Positions 8,673 to 20,024 of a DNA stretch of 64,000 nucleotides are shown here, piece by piece. Position numbers and translations under genes: made by a program. Source of the stretch: an uncultured Bacilli bacterium (GTDB taxonomy: Bacteria > Bacillota_I > Bacilli_A > RF39 > UBA660); NCBI GenBank assembly GCA_934140575.1, contig CAKPBJ010000001.1:68905-132904 (forward strand), given 5' to 3'. The notes under the pieces are model-generated. The model was not told where the DNA came from. It worked only from the letters and a program-made list of their open reading frames with translations, and made no database searches. Positions within the stretch are counted from its first letter, which is position 1, and the number at the start of each line of letters is the position of its first letter.

Positions 8673-11015
8673 TTAATCTTTGAATCCTTCCCATTTCCAA
8701 TCTTTTACAAATGGCATATCAATTCCATATTCTCTTATATATTCGTTATGTTGTTTTAGCATTTCATTACACCAATCTATTAGTGCTTCTCCACTTTTTC
8801 TATATCTTGGTATTTCTTTTAATACTGCAATTACTAAATGGAATCTATCTATTTCATTTTGGACACGAATATCAAATGTTGTAGTGATTGTTCCTTCCTC
8901 TTTGTATCCATGAACATGCATGTTTCTATTTGTACGTTTATATGTTAATTGATGAATTAATGATGGATAACCATGGAAATTAAAGATTATCGGTTTGTTT
9001 GTTGTGAATATTTCATCATATTCTTTATCACTCATACCATGTGGATGGGTTTCTGGACTTTGTAATTTCATTAAGTCAATGACATTAACTACTCTAATTT
9101 TTATTCCTTTAACGCTTTTTCTTAAAATATCAACTGCTGCTAATACTTCTAGTGTTGGAGTTTCTCCACAGCAAGCAAGTACTACATCAGGATTACCTTC
9201 ATCATTTGATGCAAAGTTCCATACACCTAGACCTTTTTTACAATGCTGTCTTGCTTGTGTTTTTGTTAACCATTGTGGTCTTGGATGCTTTGAGGCAATT
9301 ATTACATTTACGTAATTTTTTGTTTTTATACAGTGATCAAAACATGAAAGTAAACAGTTTGTGTCAGGTGGCAAGTACATTCTAATAACATCTGCTTTTT
9401 TAGTTACTAAATGATTTAAGAATCCTGGGTCTTGATGAGTATAACCATTATGATCTTGTTGGAAAACATGACTTACTAACAAGAAGTTAAGAGATGCAAT
9501 TGGAGCTCTCCATGGAATCTGATTACATACTTTTAACCATTTAGCATGTTGACTTGCCATGGAATCAACTATTCTTATGAATGCTTCATAACTATGAATA
9601 AATCCATATCTTCCTGTTAATAAATAACCTTCTAACATTCCTTCACATAGGTGTTCTGATAAATATGAGTCCATTACACGACCATTTTGTGATAAAAACT
9701 CATCACTTTTTAATGTTTTATAATTCCAAGTTCTATTTTCTACTTCGAATACATGATTAAATCTATTTGATAAAGCTTCATCTGGGCCAAACATTCTAAA
9801 GTTTTTATTTTCTTTATTTAATACAAATAAATCTCTTATATATTTACCTAATTCCATTGTATCTTGATTAACAATGCTTCCTGGTTTTTTGATGTTTAAA
9901 CAGTAATCTTCCCAATTTGGAGTTTTTATTTCTTTAAGAAGAAGTCCACCATTTGCATAACTTGATGCTCCCATACATTTTGTTGGTGTTGGACATAACT
10001 CTCTTAATTCTTTAATTAATCTTCCTTTTGAATCAAATAAATCATCTATTTTATAGCTTTTTAGCCACTTTTCAAGTAATTTTAAATTATCTTGATTTTC
10101 ACGTGTTATTGGGATTGGGACTTGATGTGCTCTAAATGATCCTTCTATTTTCTTTTCATCTACTTCTTTTGGTCCAGTCCATCCTTTTGGCGTTGTTAAA
10201 ACAATCATTGGATAGTTTCCAGATTCATTAGCTTTAATCTTTTTAATTTCTTTAATTACTTTGTCCATTGTTTTGGCCATATCTTCATGCATTTTTAATG
10301 GGTCACTGCCTGATACAAAGTATGGTTTCCAACCATATCCACGGAAGAAATCATCTAATTCTTCATTACTCATTCTTCCAAATACTGTTGGGTTTGATAT
10401 TTTATAACCGTTACGATGAAGTATTGGTAATACTACACCATCTGTTTTTCTATTTAAAAATTTATTAATGTGCCATGATGTTGCGAGTGGTCCCGTTTCA
10501 GCTTCTCCATCACCTACAACACAGGCGGCTATTAAATCACTATTATCAAGCACTGCACCTGCTGCATGAGCAAGGCTATAACCTAACTCTCCACCTTCAT
10601 GAATTGAGCCTGGTGTCTCTGGTGCTACATGTGATGATACTCCTCCTGGAAAACTAAATTGTTTACAAAGTTTTCTTAGACCTTCTTCATCTTCTGTTAT
10701 ATCTTTATAAAATTTTGAATATATTCCTTCTAAATAATTATTCGCAATCATCGCTTGTCCACCATGTCCTGGTCCTGAAATATAAATCATTTTTAGATTG
10801 TCTTTTTTTATCACTCTATTTAAATGCATATAAATAAAGTTTTGTCCTGGAGTTGTTCCCCAATGACCTACTACATTTGGCTTAATATGATTAATTGATA
10901 ATGGTTGTCTAAGTAGAGGATTATCAAGTAAATATAATTGTGCGGCACTTAGATAATTTAAAACTCTAAAATATTCATCCATTCTTTTTAATTCGTCTTT
11001 TTTTAATACAGCCAT
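8673..11015 (-). CDS. xfp: xylulose-5-phosphate/fructose-6-phosphate phosphoketolase
   Basis: 780 aa; HWGTTPGQNF, GPGHG TPP-binding motifs; full-length match to phosphoketolase architecture. Confidence 0.9.
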   Translation of the reverse strand: MAVLKKDELKRMDEYFRVLNYLSAAQLYLLDNPLLRQPLSINHIKPNVVGHWGTTPGQNFIYMHLNRVIKKDNLKMIYISGPGHGGQAMIANNYLEGIYSKFYKDITEDEEGLRKLCKQFSFPGGVSSHVAPETPGSIHEGGELGYSLAHAAGAVLDNSDLIAACVVGDGEAETGPLATSWHINKFLNRKTDGVVLPILHRNGYKISNPTVFGRMSNEELDDFFRGYGWKPYFVSGSDPLKMHEDMAKTMDKVIKEIKKIKANESGNYPMIVLTTPKGWTGPKEVDEKKIEGSFRAHQVPIPITRENQDNLKLLEKWLKSYKIDDLFDSKGRLIKELRELCPTPTKCMGASSYANGGLLLKEIKTPNWEDYCLNIKKPGSIVNQDTMELGKYIRDLFVLNKENKNFRMFGPDEALSNRFNHVFEVENRTWNYKTLKSDEFLSQNGRVMDSYLSEHLCEGMLEGYLLTGRYGFIHSYEAFIRIVDSMASQHAKWLKVCNQIPWRAPIASLNFLLVSHVFQQDHNGYTHQDPGFLNHLVTKKADVIRMYLPPDTNCLLSCFDHCIKTKNYVNVIIASKHPRPQWLTKTQARQHCKKGLGVWNFASNDEGNPDVVLACCGETPTLEVLAAVDILRKSVKGIKIRVVNVIDLMKLQSPETHPHGMSDKEYDEIFTTNKPIIFNFHGYPSLIHQLTYKRTNRNMHVHGYKEEGTITTTFDIRVQNEIDRFHLVIAVLKEIPRYRKSGEALIDWCNEMLKQHNEYIREYGIDMPFVKDWKWEGFKD

Positions 11016-11099
11016 CTTAACACTCTCCTATTCTTATAAAATTATATTATAAATAAATTTAAATTACAAGAATAGAAAGATTTTAAATTAGCAGGACTT

Positions 11100-11140
11100 T
11101 TTTTAGAAAATAAAAAGTATTACTTAGATAGCAATACTTT
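11100..11140 (-). terminator. rho-independent terminator after hybrid histidine kinase gene
   Basis: AAGTATTACTTAGATAGCAATACTT hairpin then T-run on minus strand. Confidence 0.45.
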
Positions 11141-13199
11141 AAATAATTTCTTCTTTTTCTTCTTCCTTTTTATCTCCAAATACATAGGCTTCAGCATTAG
11201 CGAATCTGTCAACATTTGGGTTATATCTAGGCACATCTTCTACTATTTCTGGCATTATTTCTTTGGTTATATTTTTTTCAATTAGTAAAGATGAATAACT
11301 AATTTTAAAAATTTTATCTAATTTTTCTTTTATTTGTTCTTTTGAAAATGGCTTAGGAATATAATCGATAAATCCTTCGCTTAAATATTTTTCTTTTGAT
11401 CCTGTTAATGCATCTGCAGTTAAGGCAATTACTGGTGTTTTAAAATTATCTATTTTTTGTAATTCTTTTAGTGTTGTTTCTCCGCTCATATTTGGCATCA
11501 TTATATCCATTAATATTAAATCATAATCATTTGATTCTTGAATCTTATCTAAGCATTCTTGTCCACTCATTGATTCAACTATATTTAGATTAAAATCCTT
11601 TAATGCTCTTTTCGCAACTTTTATATTTAAAGCATTATCGTCGACTATCATTACTTTTTTATTAGAATAATTTATATTGCTATTTAGTACAACTGTACTT
11701 TGAGTGTTTTTAGCTGTTTCTTGATGAATTTTTTCATTTCTTATTATTTCTTCTTCTCTAATTTGTTTTGTTAGAGTCTTTATTTTTTGAGGAATTTGTA
11801 CCATAAATATAGATCCTTTTCCAAATTGTGATTCTACATTTATTTTTCCACCCATCATTTCAACTAATGCCTTAGTAATAGCTAGTCCTAAACCAGTACC
11901 TTCTGTTGTTGAATTTTTCTCAATATCTAGTCTTTCAAATTTTGTGAATAATCTATTTATGTGTTCTGCTTTTATTCCTCTACCTGTATCTTGACAAGTT
12001 ATAATTATATTAGAAGTATTTTTTTGTAGATTATTGATACATCTAATATTTAAAGTTATAGTACCCTCATCTGTATATTTTATTGCATTTGTTAGTAAGT
12101 TATTTATGATTTCTTTTACTTTTCCTTTATCTCCAATTAATTCATATGGAATATCATCAGCAATTTTTAGATTAAAGATAACGTTTTTTTCTCCTATTCT
12201 TGTTTGAGTGATTTTACACATATTTGTAATTTCTTTTCTAAATAAATATGGTTTTTCAACTAATTCCATTTTATCTGCTTCTATTTTATTAATATCTAAT
12301 ATATTTCCAACTATTTCTAGAAGAGTGTTTGAGGCATTTACTATATCATTTGAATTTTCTATTACTTCTTTTGGTAAGCTATCTTTGTATGTTAAATTGT
12401 CTTCTGATAGACCTACTATAGCATTTAATGGAGTTCTAATTTCATGGGACATACTAGATAAGAAGTCACTTTTTGCACGATTGGCTCTTTCGGCCTGTTC
12501 TTTAGCAAGTTCTAGTTCTGAAATCATTTTTATATCTGGATTTTCTATGGTGAAATACATAAGATAACATAACAAGCTTAAAATAAGATCATAAATATTA
12601 AATTGTGGGTGAAACATTACAAATAATCCTAGCAAAAGTATTATTGGAATTATAAAAAATATTGCATTAAATCTTTTATCATTTTTCTTAATATTTAAAA
12701 GTGAAATTACAAATGCGACTATTATATTTATAAACGCTAAAGAAAAGGTCAAAGTCACAGCTGAACCTTGTCCACTAGTGATTCCCCCTACTTTATAAAC
12801 TTTAAATTCTAGTAAAAACATTAATACTGTAACTATTAAATAAGATACTATGTTTATCATTCTATTTATTTTTAAGTTTTTTCTATATTTTTCAAAGGAA
12901 ATGTATAAAATATATGATAGTAAGTTTATTGTAATTATTACAATAAATATAGAACCTAGTTTATTAATAAATGAAAATATATTGGCAAACCAAGCAGTTA
13001 TACTTGTAGTTGCATAAATACTTGCTAAATAATGAGATATAAAGTTAGTACTATTTACAAGTAATGTAAATATAAGTATGTTTTTATAATAAACATTTTC
13101 TTCTAAGTCTATTTTTCTTTTTAAAAAAAAGACTAATGATATTAAAAAAGTAAAAATTAAACATACAAAAGGAATTTCATATTCTATCATATTCATCAC
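11139..13199 (-). CDS. hybrid sensor histidine kinase (multi-TM sensor, HisKA, HATPase_c, C-terminal receiver domain), orphan
   Basis: H-box [12 protein letters not shown]-box GTGLGLAI, then receiver [11 protein letters not shown]...[10 protein letters not shown]; no partner RR/HPt gene nearby. Confidence 0.8.
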   Translation of the reverse strand: MMNMIEYEIPFVCLIFTFLISLVFFLKRKIDLEENVYYKNILIFTLLVNSTNFISHYLASIYATTSITAWFANIFSFINKLGSIFIVIITINLLSYILYISFEKYRKNLKINRMINIVSYLIVTVLMFLLEFKVYKVGGITSGQGSAVTLTFSLAFINIIVAFVISLLNIKKNDKRFNAIFFIIPIILLLGLFVMFHPQFNIYDLILSLLCYLMYFTIENPDIKMISELELAKEQAERANRAKSDFLSSMSHEIRTPLNAIVGLSEDNLTYKDSLPKEVIENSNDIVNASNTLLEIVGNILDINKIEADKMELVEKPYLFRKEITNMCKITQTRIGEKNVIFNLKIADDIPYELIGDKGKVKEIINNLLTNAIKYTDEGTITLNIRCINNLQKNTSNIIITCQDTGRGIKAEHINRLFTKFERLDIEKNSTTEGTGLGLAITKALVEMMGGKINVESQFGKGSIFMVQIPQKIKTLTKQIREEEIIRNEKIHQETAKNTQSTVVLNSNINYSNKKVMIVDDNALNIKVAKRALKDFNLNIVESMSGQECLDKIQESNDYDLILMDIMMPNMSGETTLKELQKIDNFKTPVIALTADALTGSKEKYLSEGFIDYIPKPFSKEQIKEKLDKIFKISYSSLLIEKNITKEIMPEIVEDVPRYNPNVDRFANAEAYVFGDKKEEEKEEII

Positions 13200-13293
13200 C
13201 TATTATAATATTATCATAATAGACGACATTTTTCGAGGTTTATAAATAAAAAAACTATTTCTGATAGTGAAATAGTCTTTATCTTTTTGTAAA

Positions 13294-14436
13294 TTATTTT
13301 GTTTTTCTTTTTATTAGTTCCTCTCTCATATAGTTTGGAACATTCTTTCTTAGGTCATCATTTCTTTTTACAACATAACTTGTATTATCACTTAATATTT
13401 GTTTTTTAAATATTGGATAATATTTAGAATTTATAATTAGATTACTTATTGTTTCATTTATATTTTCATATGTTTGTTCTTCTTTTGTTTTTTTAGTTAA
13501 ATATTCTGCTCCAAATACATCTTTATCCCATTTAAGTTTTTCAAATGCATCATCAACTTTTTTCTTGCGAATTGTTTCTTCTATGTCATCGTATAATTCA
13601 CGCTTTAATGGTTTAAAGTGTCTTTTACTTAAGAAATATACACCTGTTGCCATCTTATCTCTAATATAACTTGTTATTGATTTTACATAAGCTTTCTCTG
13701 GATTTGGTTCTTTTGGATAGTATTTTGAAGGGTCAATATCTATTTTTTTTACATCAATAGGATTAGAAAAATCCATATATGTTGCATTGTTTTCTTCATC
13801 TCTTATTAGTGAAACAACAACTATTTTTCTTCCGGTTTTTAATGCAAGATTGGTTGGACCATCATATAAGTTATTTATTAACTTGTTAGGGCTTAAATTA
13901 TGAGATCCTTCTGGAAATATTAAAATACTATTAGTTTCTAAGGTCTTTTCCATTTTCTTTGGTAGAAGTATGCGTTCGTCTTTATCCATTATATCGAATG
14001 GGATTACTCCATTTAATAACCATAGTAAAAATATTTCTGGATTTGTTTGTAATGATTCTATTGATCCTAAAACTAATAATGAATTTCTATCAATTACATT
14101 TAGAGCTGTTTCAATATCTTCTGGACACGTATGATTACATACAAAGATATATGGCTCATCCTTTTCTAATTCTGGGTATCTTTCAACTATAATGTTATGT
14201 TTTTTTTCTTTGAAATTATATTCTGATATATCAATATATTCATCTTTTAGTGATTCAAAGTATTCATCATCAGATAAGTTTTTACCTTGATTCATTTGAA
14301 TAATATTTGTATTATCAAACATAGAAAGAATTCTTCTAAAATTCTTATTAAAAAGTTTTCTCAATAGTAAACCTCTTTTTGTTGCAAAATGGTTAACATC
14401 TTTCTTATTTAAATCACTTATTAATGGATTTTTCAT
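13294..14436 (-). CDS. PlsC-like lysophospholipid acyltransferase family protein
   Basis: HxxxxD motif (NHTCPED) and FPEG motif (IFPEGSHN) in correct order. Confidence 0.45.
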   Translation of the reverse strand: MKNPLISDLNKKDVNHFATKRGLLLRKLFNKNFRRILSMFDNTNIIQMNQGKNLSDDEYFESLKDEYIDISEYNFKEKKHNIIVERYPELEKDEPYIFVCNHTCPEDIETALNVIDRNSLLVLGSIESLQTNPEIFLLWLLNGVIPFDIMDKDERILLPKKMEKTLETNSILIFPEGSHNLSPNKLINNLYDGPTNLALKTGRKIVVVSLIRDEENNATYMDFSNPIDVKKIDIDPSKYYPKEPNPEKAYVKSITSYIRDKMATGVYFLSKRHFKPLKRELYDDIEETIRKKKVDDAFEKLKWDKDVFGAEYLTKKTKEEQTYENINETISNLIINSKYYPIFKKQILSDNTSYVVKRNDDLRKNVPNYMREELIKRKTK

Positions 14437-14865
14437 CTATTCCACCTACCCCTTTAATGACTTATATTATATCATATTTTTCTTCATTTTTCAATGTTCC
14501 GCTTACTATTAGCTTCTAAATTATATATATATTTGTTACATTTATGTATCGTGTGTTTTTTAATTCATTTATTACAGGATGTTCAAATATATCTATAAGA
14601 TTAAGTGCTTGCTTATAAATCACTTTTAAATATTGCATTAATATAACTATATTTTACAAACCCTTTTAATTCAAGTGAGGCAACTTCTGCTCCTTCATTT
14701 TCTAGTTTTTTTACTAAAGTATTATTTTCGAATGTATGATATTTAATTAATATTTTACTAACAATTCCAATTCTTGGCTTTATTTTTTCTTATACGTATC
14801 TTTTTAAAGTTAGAAACAATATCTTTTATATTTTGTTTATAAAAAAAATAATACTTTATTTAGTA

Positions 14866-15714
14866 TTATCTCTTTTTATAAACATAGCCTCTTCTATCTT
14901 CAAAGTCATATCTTTCAAATGAAGAATTGAATATTCTTTTTTCTTTTTTTATAGCGTTTTCATCTCTATTATTTAAATTTGAACATATTACAATACCATT
15001 ATTATTAGTTAACTTTTCTAGGTTTTCTTTAGCAACCATTAATTTTTTTCTATTTTCTTGGGCCCATTCTAGGATATTTGAAATATATATATAGTCATAT
15101 GTTTTGTCTAAGTCTACATCTTCAAATAAATTAAAGATATAAAAAGTTGGTTCTTTTTCAACGTATGGGGCAGCTTGTCTTGCTGTTGTAATTAATGAAT
15201 CCCCTTTTGTCTGTCTATCTATATCATAGAATAATTTATCTAATTCAGTTCCTTCTTTTATATGTCTTAAGTAGAATTTTACGGCATTTGCTTCTAATTC
15301 TGTTTCTGGTTTAACTTTTTTTATTAACCTTAGTAAATGGTTATTATTATATATATTAGGGTATAATTCATTATTGTATTTTATTGACCATCTTCTTAAA
15401 TAGTAATAATAAATAGTTAATCTATTCACATCAAATACATCTACTTCTGATGCCTCTAAACTTTTAAGCATTAACATTTGATCTGATGATGATAGTACTG
15501 TTAAAACACTTTTGTCTTGATAATCAAAACTTAATATGTTATCAGCCATTTTTTCGTTTACTTTAAAGTACATTTGTCCATAGTTTCCTTGAATTTCTTT
15601 TGGTAGATTTTTTTCCATACTAATAACTCTACTAGCTAAATAATCTAATTTGTTTATATCAATATCTATTTTTTTCATATATAACCCCTCTTTTGACTGT
15701 ATATAATAATACAA
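14866..15714 (-). CDS. hypothetical protein
   Basis: 282-aa ORF, no confident motif. Confidence 0.3.
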   Translation of the reverse strand: MYYYIQSKEGLYMKKIDIDINKLDYLASRVISMEKNLPKEIQGNYGQMYFKVNEKMADNILSFDYQDKSVLTVLSSSDQMLMLKSLEASEVDVFDVNRLTIYYYYLRRWSIKYNNELYPNIYNNNHLLRLIKKVKPETELEANAVKFYLRHIKEGTELDKLFYDIDRQTKGDSLITTARQAAPYVEKEPTFYIFNLFEDVDLDKTYDYIYISNILEWAQENRKKLMVAKENLEKLTNNNGIVICSNLNNRDENAIKKEKRIFNSSFERYDFEDRRGYVYKKR

Positions 15715-15754
15715 TTTACTAATTTTTTCAAGTTTTTCTTTATTCTATAAGATG

Positions 15755-15786
15755 TTTTCAAAAAAAAAAAGAAGGGGTTCCTTCTT
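15755..15786 (-). terminator. rho-independent terminator after htpG
   Basis: GAAGGGGTTCCTTC hairpin followed on minus strand by T11 run. Confidence 0.6.
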
Positions 15787-17676
15787 TTATTTAGATATTA
15801 CTTCACAAATTAATCTACTGATTTCTGTTGGATTATCAATTGGAAGTCCAGCAATCATTCTTGCTTCACTATATAATATTTTTGTATATTTTTTGAATTC
15901 TTCTTTATCATTTGCATATAAGTCTTTTAATTTTTCTGCAATTGGATGTTTTTCATTAATTTCAAGAATTGTTTGAGCTTTGATTCCCATATCATTTGGC
16001 ATTGCATCAAATACTTTTTGCATTTCTATTGAAACATCACCTTTTGTTGTTAAACATACTGGGTGTGATTTTAATTTATTACTGAATTTTACTTCATTTA
16101 CTTCTTTTATTTCATCACACATTTCTTTAAGCAAGTCTTTCATATCTTCATTTACTTTTTTAGTTTGTTCTTTTTCTTCTTCTGTTTCTAAGTCTAATGA
16201 GCCATCACTTACATTAACAAATTTTTTATCTTCATAATTTTGAATTGCGGTGATACAGAACTCATCAACATAATCAGTTAAGTATAAAATATCATAGTCT
16301 TTGTCTTTTACTTGTTCTACTTGTGGAAGAGCATTAATTTTATCAATAGATGCTCCTGATGCGTAATAAATACTGTCTTGATTTTCTTTCATTTCATCTA
16401 CATATTCTTTTAAAGTTATTAGTCTTTCATGTTTTGATGAATAGAACATTACTAAATCTTTTAATTTATCTTTATCTTGTCCATAGTTATTGTAAACTCC
16501 ATATTTTAATTGAACACCAAATGTTTTAAAGAATGATATATATGTTTCTCTATCATCTTTAAGCATTGTTTCTAATTCTCTTCTGATTTTACTTTCTATG
16601 TTTTTAGCGATTATTTTCATGCTTTGAGATTCTTGTAGCATTTCACGAGAAATATTTAGTGATAAGTCTTCTGAATCAACAACTCCTTTTACAAAGCTGA
16701 AATAATCTGGTAAAAGATCAGCACATTTTTCCATGATAAGTACTCCATTTGAATATAGAGAAAGTCCTTTTTCATAATCTTGTGTGTAATAGTCATATGG
16801 AGCATGTGATGGAATAAATAATAATGCTTTGAATGATGCCATTCCTTCTACAGATGTAGATATTACTTTTAGTGGTTTATCATAATCACTAAATTTATCC
16901 ATATAGAAATTTTCATAGTCAGCATCTGTTACTTCACTTTTATTTTTCTTCCAAATAGGAACCATACTATTTAATGTTTCTATTTCTTTATGATCTTCAT
17001 ATTTATGCTTTTCTTCATCTTTTAATTCATGATGAGTACATTCCATTTTAATCGGGAAACTTATATAATCAGAATATTTTCTAACTAAGTTTTTCAATTC
17101 ATATTCATCTAAATATTTTGAATAGTTAGTTTCATCATCGTCTTCTTTTAGATGAAGTTTAATTTCTGTTCCTCTTTCTTTTTTCTTACATTCTTTTATT
17201 TCGTAGCCATCTGCTCCTGTACTTTCCCAAGAATAAGCTTTATCTGAATCAATACTTAAACTTTTAACAGTGATTTTATCACTTACCATAAATGCAGAAT
17301 AGAAACCTACTCCAAATTGACCAATAATATCAATTTTTTCATCTTTTGTCATATTCTCTTTAAAAGATAATGAACCACTTTTTGCGATTGTTCCTAGATT
17401 AGACTCAAGTTCTTCTTTTGTCATACCACAACCATTATCTTTTATTGTTAATGTTCTTTTATCCTTATTGTATTCAAGGTTGATTTCTAAATCTTCTTTA
17501 TTTACTTTAACATCTTTATCAGTTAAACTTCTATAATAAAGTTTATCTAGAGCATCACTTGCATTACTAATCAACTCTCTTAAAAATATATCTTTATTTG
17601 TATAAATAGAATTAATCATTAAATCTAATAGTCTTTTAGATTCTGATTTAAACTCTTTCATAGCCATATTTTTCAT
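15787..17676 (-). CDS. htpG: molecular chaperone HtpG (Hsp90)
   Basis: [12 protein letters not shown] ATPase motif, 629 aa, full Hsp90 architecture. Confidence 0.9.
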   Translation of the reverse strand: MKNMAMKEFKSESKRLLDLMINSIYTNKDIFLRELISNASDALDKLYYRSLTDKDVKVNKEDLEINLEYNKDKRTLTIKDNGCGMTKEELESNLGTIAKSGSLSFKENMTKDEKIDIIGQFGVGFYSAFMVSDKITVKSLSIDSDKAYSWESTGADGYEIKECKKKERGTEIKLHLKEDDDETNYSKYLDEYELKNLVRKYSDYISFPIKMECTHHELKDEEKHKYEDHKEIETLNSMVPIWKKNKSEVTDADYENFYMDKFSDYDKPLKVISTSVEGMASFKALLFIPSHAPYDYYTQDYEKGLSLYSNGVLIMEKCADLLPDYFSFVKGVVDSEDLSLNISREMLQESQSMKIIAKNIESKIRRELETMLKDDRETYISFFKTFGVQLKYGVYNNYGQDKDKLKDLVMFYSSKHERLITLKEYVDEMKENQDSIYYASGASIDKINALPQVEQVKDKDYDILYLTDYVDEFCITAIQNYEDKKFVNVSDGSLDLETEEEKEQTKKVNEDMKDLLKEMCDEIKEVNEVKFSNKLKSHPVCLTTKGDVSIEMQKVFDAMPNDMGIKAQTILEINEKHPIAEKLKDLYANDKEEFKKYTKILYSEARMIAGLPIDNPTEISRLICEVISK

Positions 17677-17714
17677 CTCCTTAACAATTGTATATCTAAT
17701 TTATAGCACCATTT

Positions 17715-17741
17715 TTAGCACTTGTCAATTATAAGTGCTAA
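17715..17741 (-). promoter_or_regulatory. CIRCE-like inverted repeat (HrcA operator) overlapping a TTGACA-N17-TATAAA promoter upstream of htpG
   Basis: TTAGCACTT-N9-AAGTGCTAA matches CIRCE consensus TTAGCACTC-N9-GAGTGCTAA; located ~40 nt upstream of htpG start. Confidence 0.5.
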
Positions 17742-17777
17742 GAAAATAAAAAGAAAAAGTAAATATAAAAATTTACT

Positions 17778-18815
17778 TTAACTATAAATATAATTTATTA
17801 TTTCATTTCTTTTATCATTTTCATATTTATTATCTAAATATTTATAAATTAGATTTTTTTCTTTTTCTCTACACTGAGTAATTTTTATAAGTTTATTTTC
17901 TAATTGTTGTAGAGTTATGTCTTTTTCAAGTAATTTATTTAATACAATAAACTTTTTATTTTCTAAATCTACATTGTAAAAATAAATTAATAATTTGTTA
18001 TCTTGACTTTTATCTAATTGAAGAGTTAATTTATTAAATTCTTTCTTTAGATTTTCTCTAATAGCTTTTATTATGATTAATACTTCAGCACCTATTGGAC
18101 TACTTTTCTCACTATAGATACTTATTTTATTTAGGCTTTCTATATTTTCTATAATATATTTCTTGTTTTTTATTACTGCACAGAACTTATTACCTACTTG
18201 TTCTATGAAGTCTATGTCGTTAAATGTATAGGTGTTGTTGTTTAGTGTTTCTTGATTGAACATTTTATTATAGTCATCTTTAAATAGATTAAAGTCTATT
18301 GTTGCATTATATTTTGGTAATTCGAATGGTGTATTAAATTGTTCTAGTAATTTATTACATAATTCACTAATTATATGTGGAGTATGTTCAAATAATATTA
18401 CTATTATTTCAAATAGAAATTCAAATTCATAATCTATATAATTACTAAAGTTAAATAAATAGTCTTTATTTGAAACATGGGTTGTTAGTTCTATGTAGTA
18501 AGAATCATTTGTTTTAATGGCTTTTTCTCGCATGTGTTTTTCTTTATATAGATCTTCATTTTCATTAATTAATTCCATAATATAATTTACTGTTTTTACA
18601 AAGATAAATTGGTAACAGAAATATTCTTCTACTTTGTCACCTATTCTTATTGCATCTATTGGGACATATAGTACTTTAAATTTTTCTATTTTTTCATTAT
18701 ATACTAAAGCAATATATATATTTGCTCCATCATAGTCTTTTAAATATAAGTCTACTACTACTGATTCTTTTTGTTTTTTTAATGCATTATAAATTTTATT
18801 TTTGATATCTATCAT
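17778..18815 (-). CDS. hypothetical protein
   Basis: 345-aa ORF, Asn/Lys-rich, no recognisable domain. Confidence 0.3.
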   Translation of the reverse strand: MIDIKNKIYNALKKQKESVVVDLYLKDYDGANIYIALVYNEKIEKFKVLYVPIDAIRIGDKVEEYFCYQFIFVKTVNYIMELINENEDLYKEKHMREKAIKTNDSYYIELTTHVSNKDYLFNFSNYIDYEFEFLFEIIVILFEHTPHIISELCNKLLEQFNTPFELPKYNATIDFNLFKDDYNKMFNQETLNNNTYTFNDIDFIEQVGNKFCAVIKNKKYIIENIESLNKISIYSEKSSPIGAEVLIIIKAIRENLKKEFNKLTLQLDKSQDNKLLIYFYNVDLENKKFIVLNKLLEKDITLQQLENKLIKITQCREKEKNLIYKYLDNKYENDKRNEIINYIYS

Positions 18816-18896
18816 TCTTCCACCCTCTTTAATATTATTATCATCTAAATAATAATTATGCTTATTTTTAAAAAAAATAACCCAATCATTCAGTGA

Positions 18897-19895
18897 CTAG
18901 ATTACTTTTTCTTTTTCAACTGCTGTTGTTACGACAGATGATAAAGCAACTGCGTTATTTTTTACATCTTCTTTTTTATCAGCATTATCATTGTTCTTAA
19001 AATCATTACAAATAATTAGTCCATTTTCACCAGTAAATAAATTAATTTTTCCTTCACGAAAAGCCAAATATATCTTATTCCAAATTACACTTTCTACATA
19101 TCTTGCTTTTTTTGGATGCATTAAATATCTTACAGTTAATTCTATATGGTCTTGGACAATTCTTGTATAAATTATTGGATCATATTTGTTATAGTATATT
19201 CTATTTTCTGTATTTATCTCACTTATTTGACTTTTCATTTTTCTTGGGATACTTTTAATAGTTTCTATATTATTAACTATTTTATACATTTCCTTTTTAT
19301 TTTCTACTAAATCACTATCTAGAGATATGTTTACTACTAATTCATCCCAAATATATTTAAATCCTTTGTTTATATTTTTTACAGGTTTTGATATAACTAT
19401 TGAGTTTGGAAAGCTTACTACTATTCCAGTTGACTGTCCATTGTCTTCTTTTGTTGATACTTCTAATACTTCAAAGTCAAGTGCTGAGATATTCATGACA
19501 TCTCCTTTTATATCGTCTATTTGAATTCTGTCTTCTACTTTAAATGGTCTTCTTACTTTTATATATAATCCACAGAAGAAATTTAGAATAATTTCACGAA
19601 GAGCATAAATTAAGGCAGCTGATAATACTGAAATTAATGTCATGATATTTTTTAGATATTCGCTCCATACTAATAATAGTAAAAACAGTTCTATAATGTT
19701 CATGAATATCTTAAATGATTGGTTTAGAACGTATTCTCCTCTTCCACTTAATTTGTCTTTTATAAAACTTCTACCTACTGTTTTTAATATTGAAAATATA
19801 CAAATAATTAGTAATGTTAAAGATACTACTTTAATTATACCTACATCAATAGTAGTAATTTTACTTAAATACTTACAAAAAGCATCGAACATCAT
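18897..19895 (-). CDS. MscS-family small-conductance mechanosensitive channel
   Basis: TM helices followed by GLYIKVRRPFKVEDRIQIDDIKGDV beta-domain signature. Confidence 0.7.
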   Translation of the reverse strand: MMFDAFCKYLSKITTIDVGIIKVVSLTLLIICIFSILKTVGRSFIKDKLSGRGEYVLNQSFKIFMNIIELFLLLLVWSEYLKNIMTLISVLSAALIYALREIILNFFCGLYIKVRRPFKVEDRIQIDDIKGDVMNISALDFEVLEVSTKEDNGQSTGIVVSFPNSIVISKPVKNINKGFKYIWDELVVNISLDSDLVENKKEMYKIVNNIETIKSIPRKMKSQISEINTENRIYYNKYDPIIYTRIVQDHIELTVRYLMHPKKARYVESVIWNKIYLAFREGKINLFTGENGLIICNDFKNNDNADKKEDVKNNAVALSSVVTTAVEKEKVI

Positions 19896-19980
19896 ATCAC
19901 CTCAAGAACTATTATTCTAACATAACTATACTATACTTTATATAAAATAATCAATCAAATTATTAACTTTACGGAATTTT

Positions 19981-20020
19981 ACAAATAAATAAAGAATAGA
20001 CATCTATTTTGTCTATTCTT
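19981..20020 (-). terminator. rho-independent terminator after aspS
   Basis: AGAATAGACATCTATTTTGTCTATTCT hairpin with T-runs both sides. Confidence 0.55.
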
Positions 20021-20024
20021 TTTC

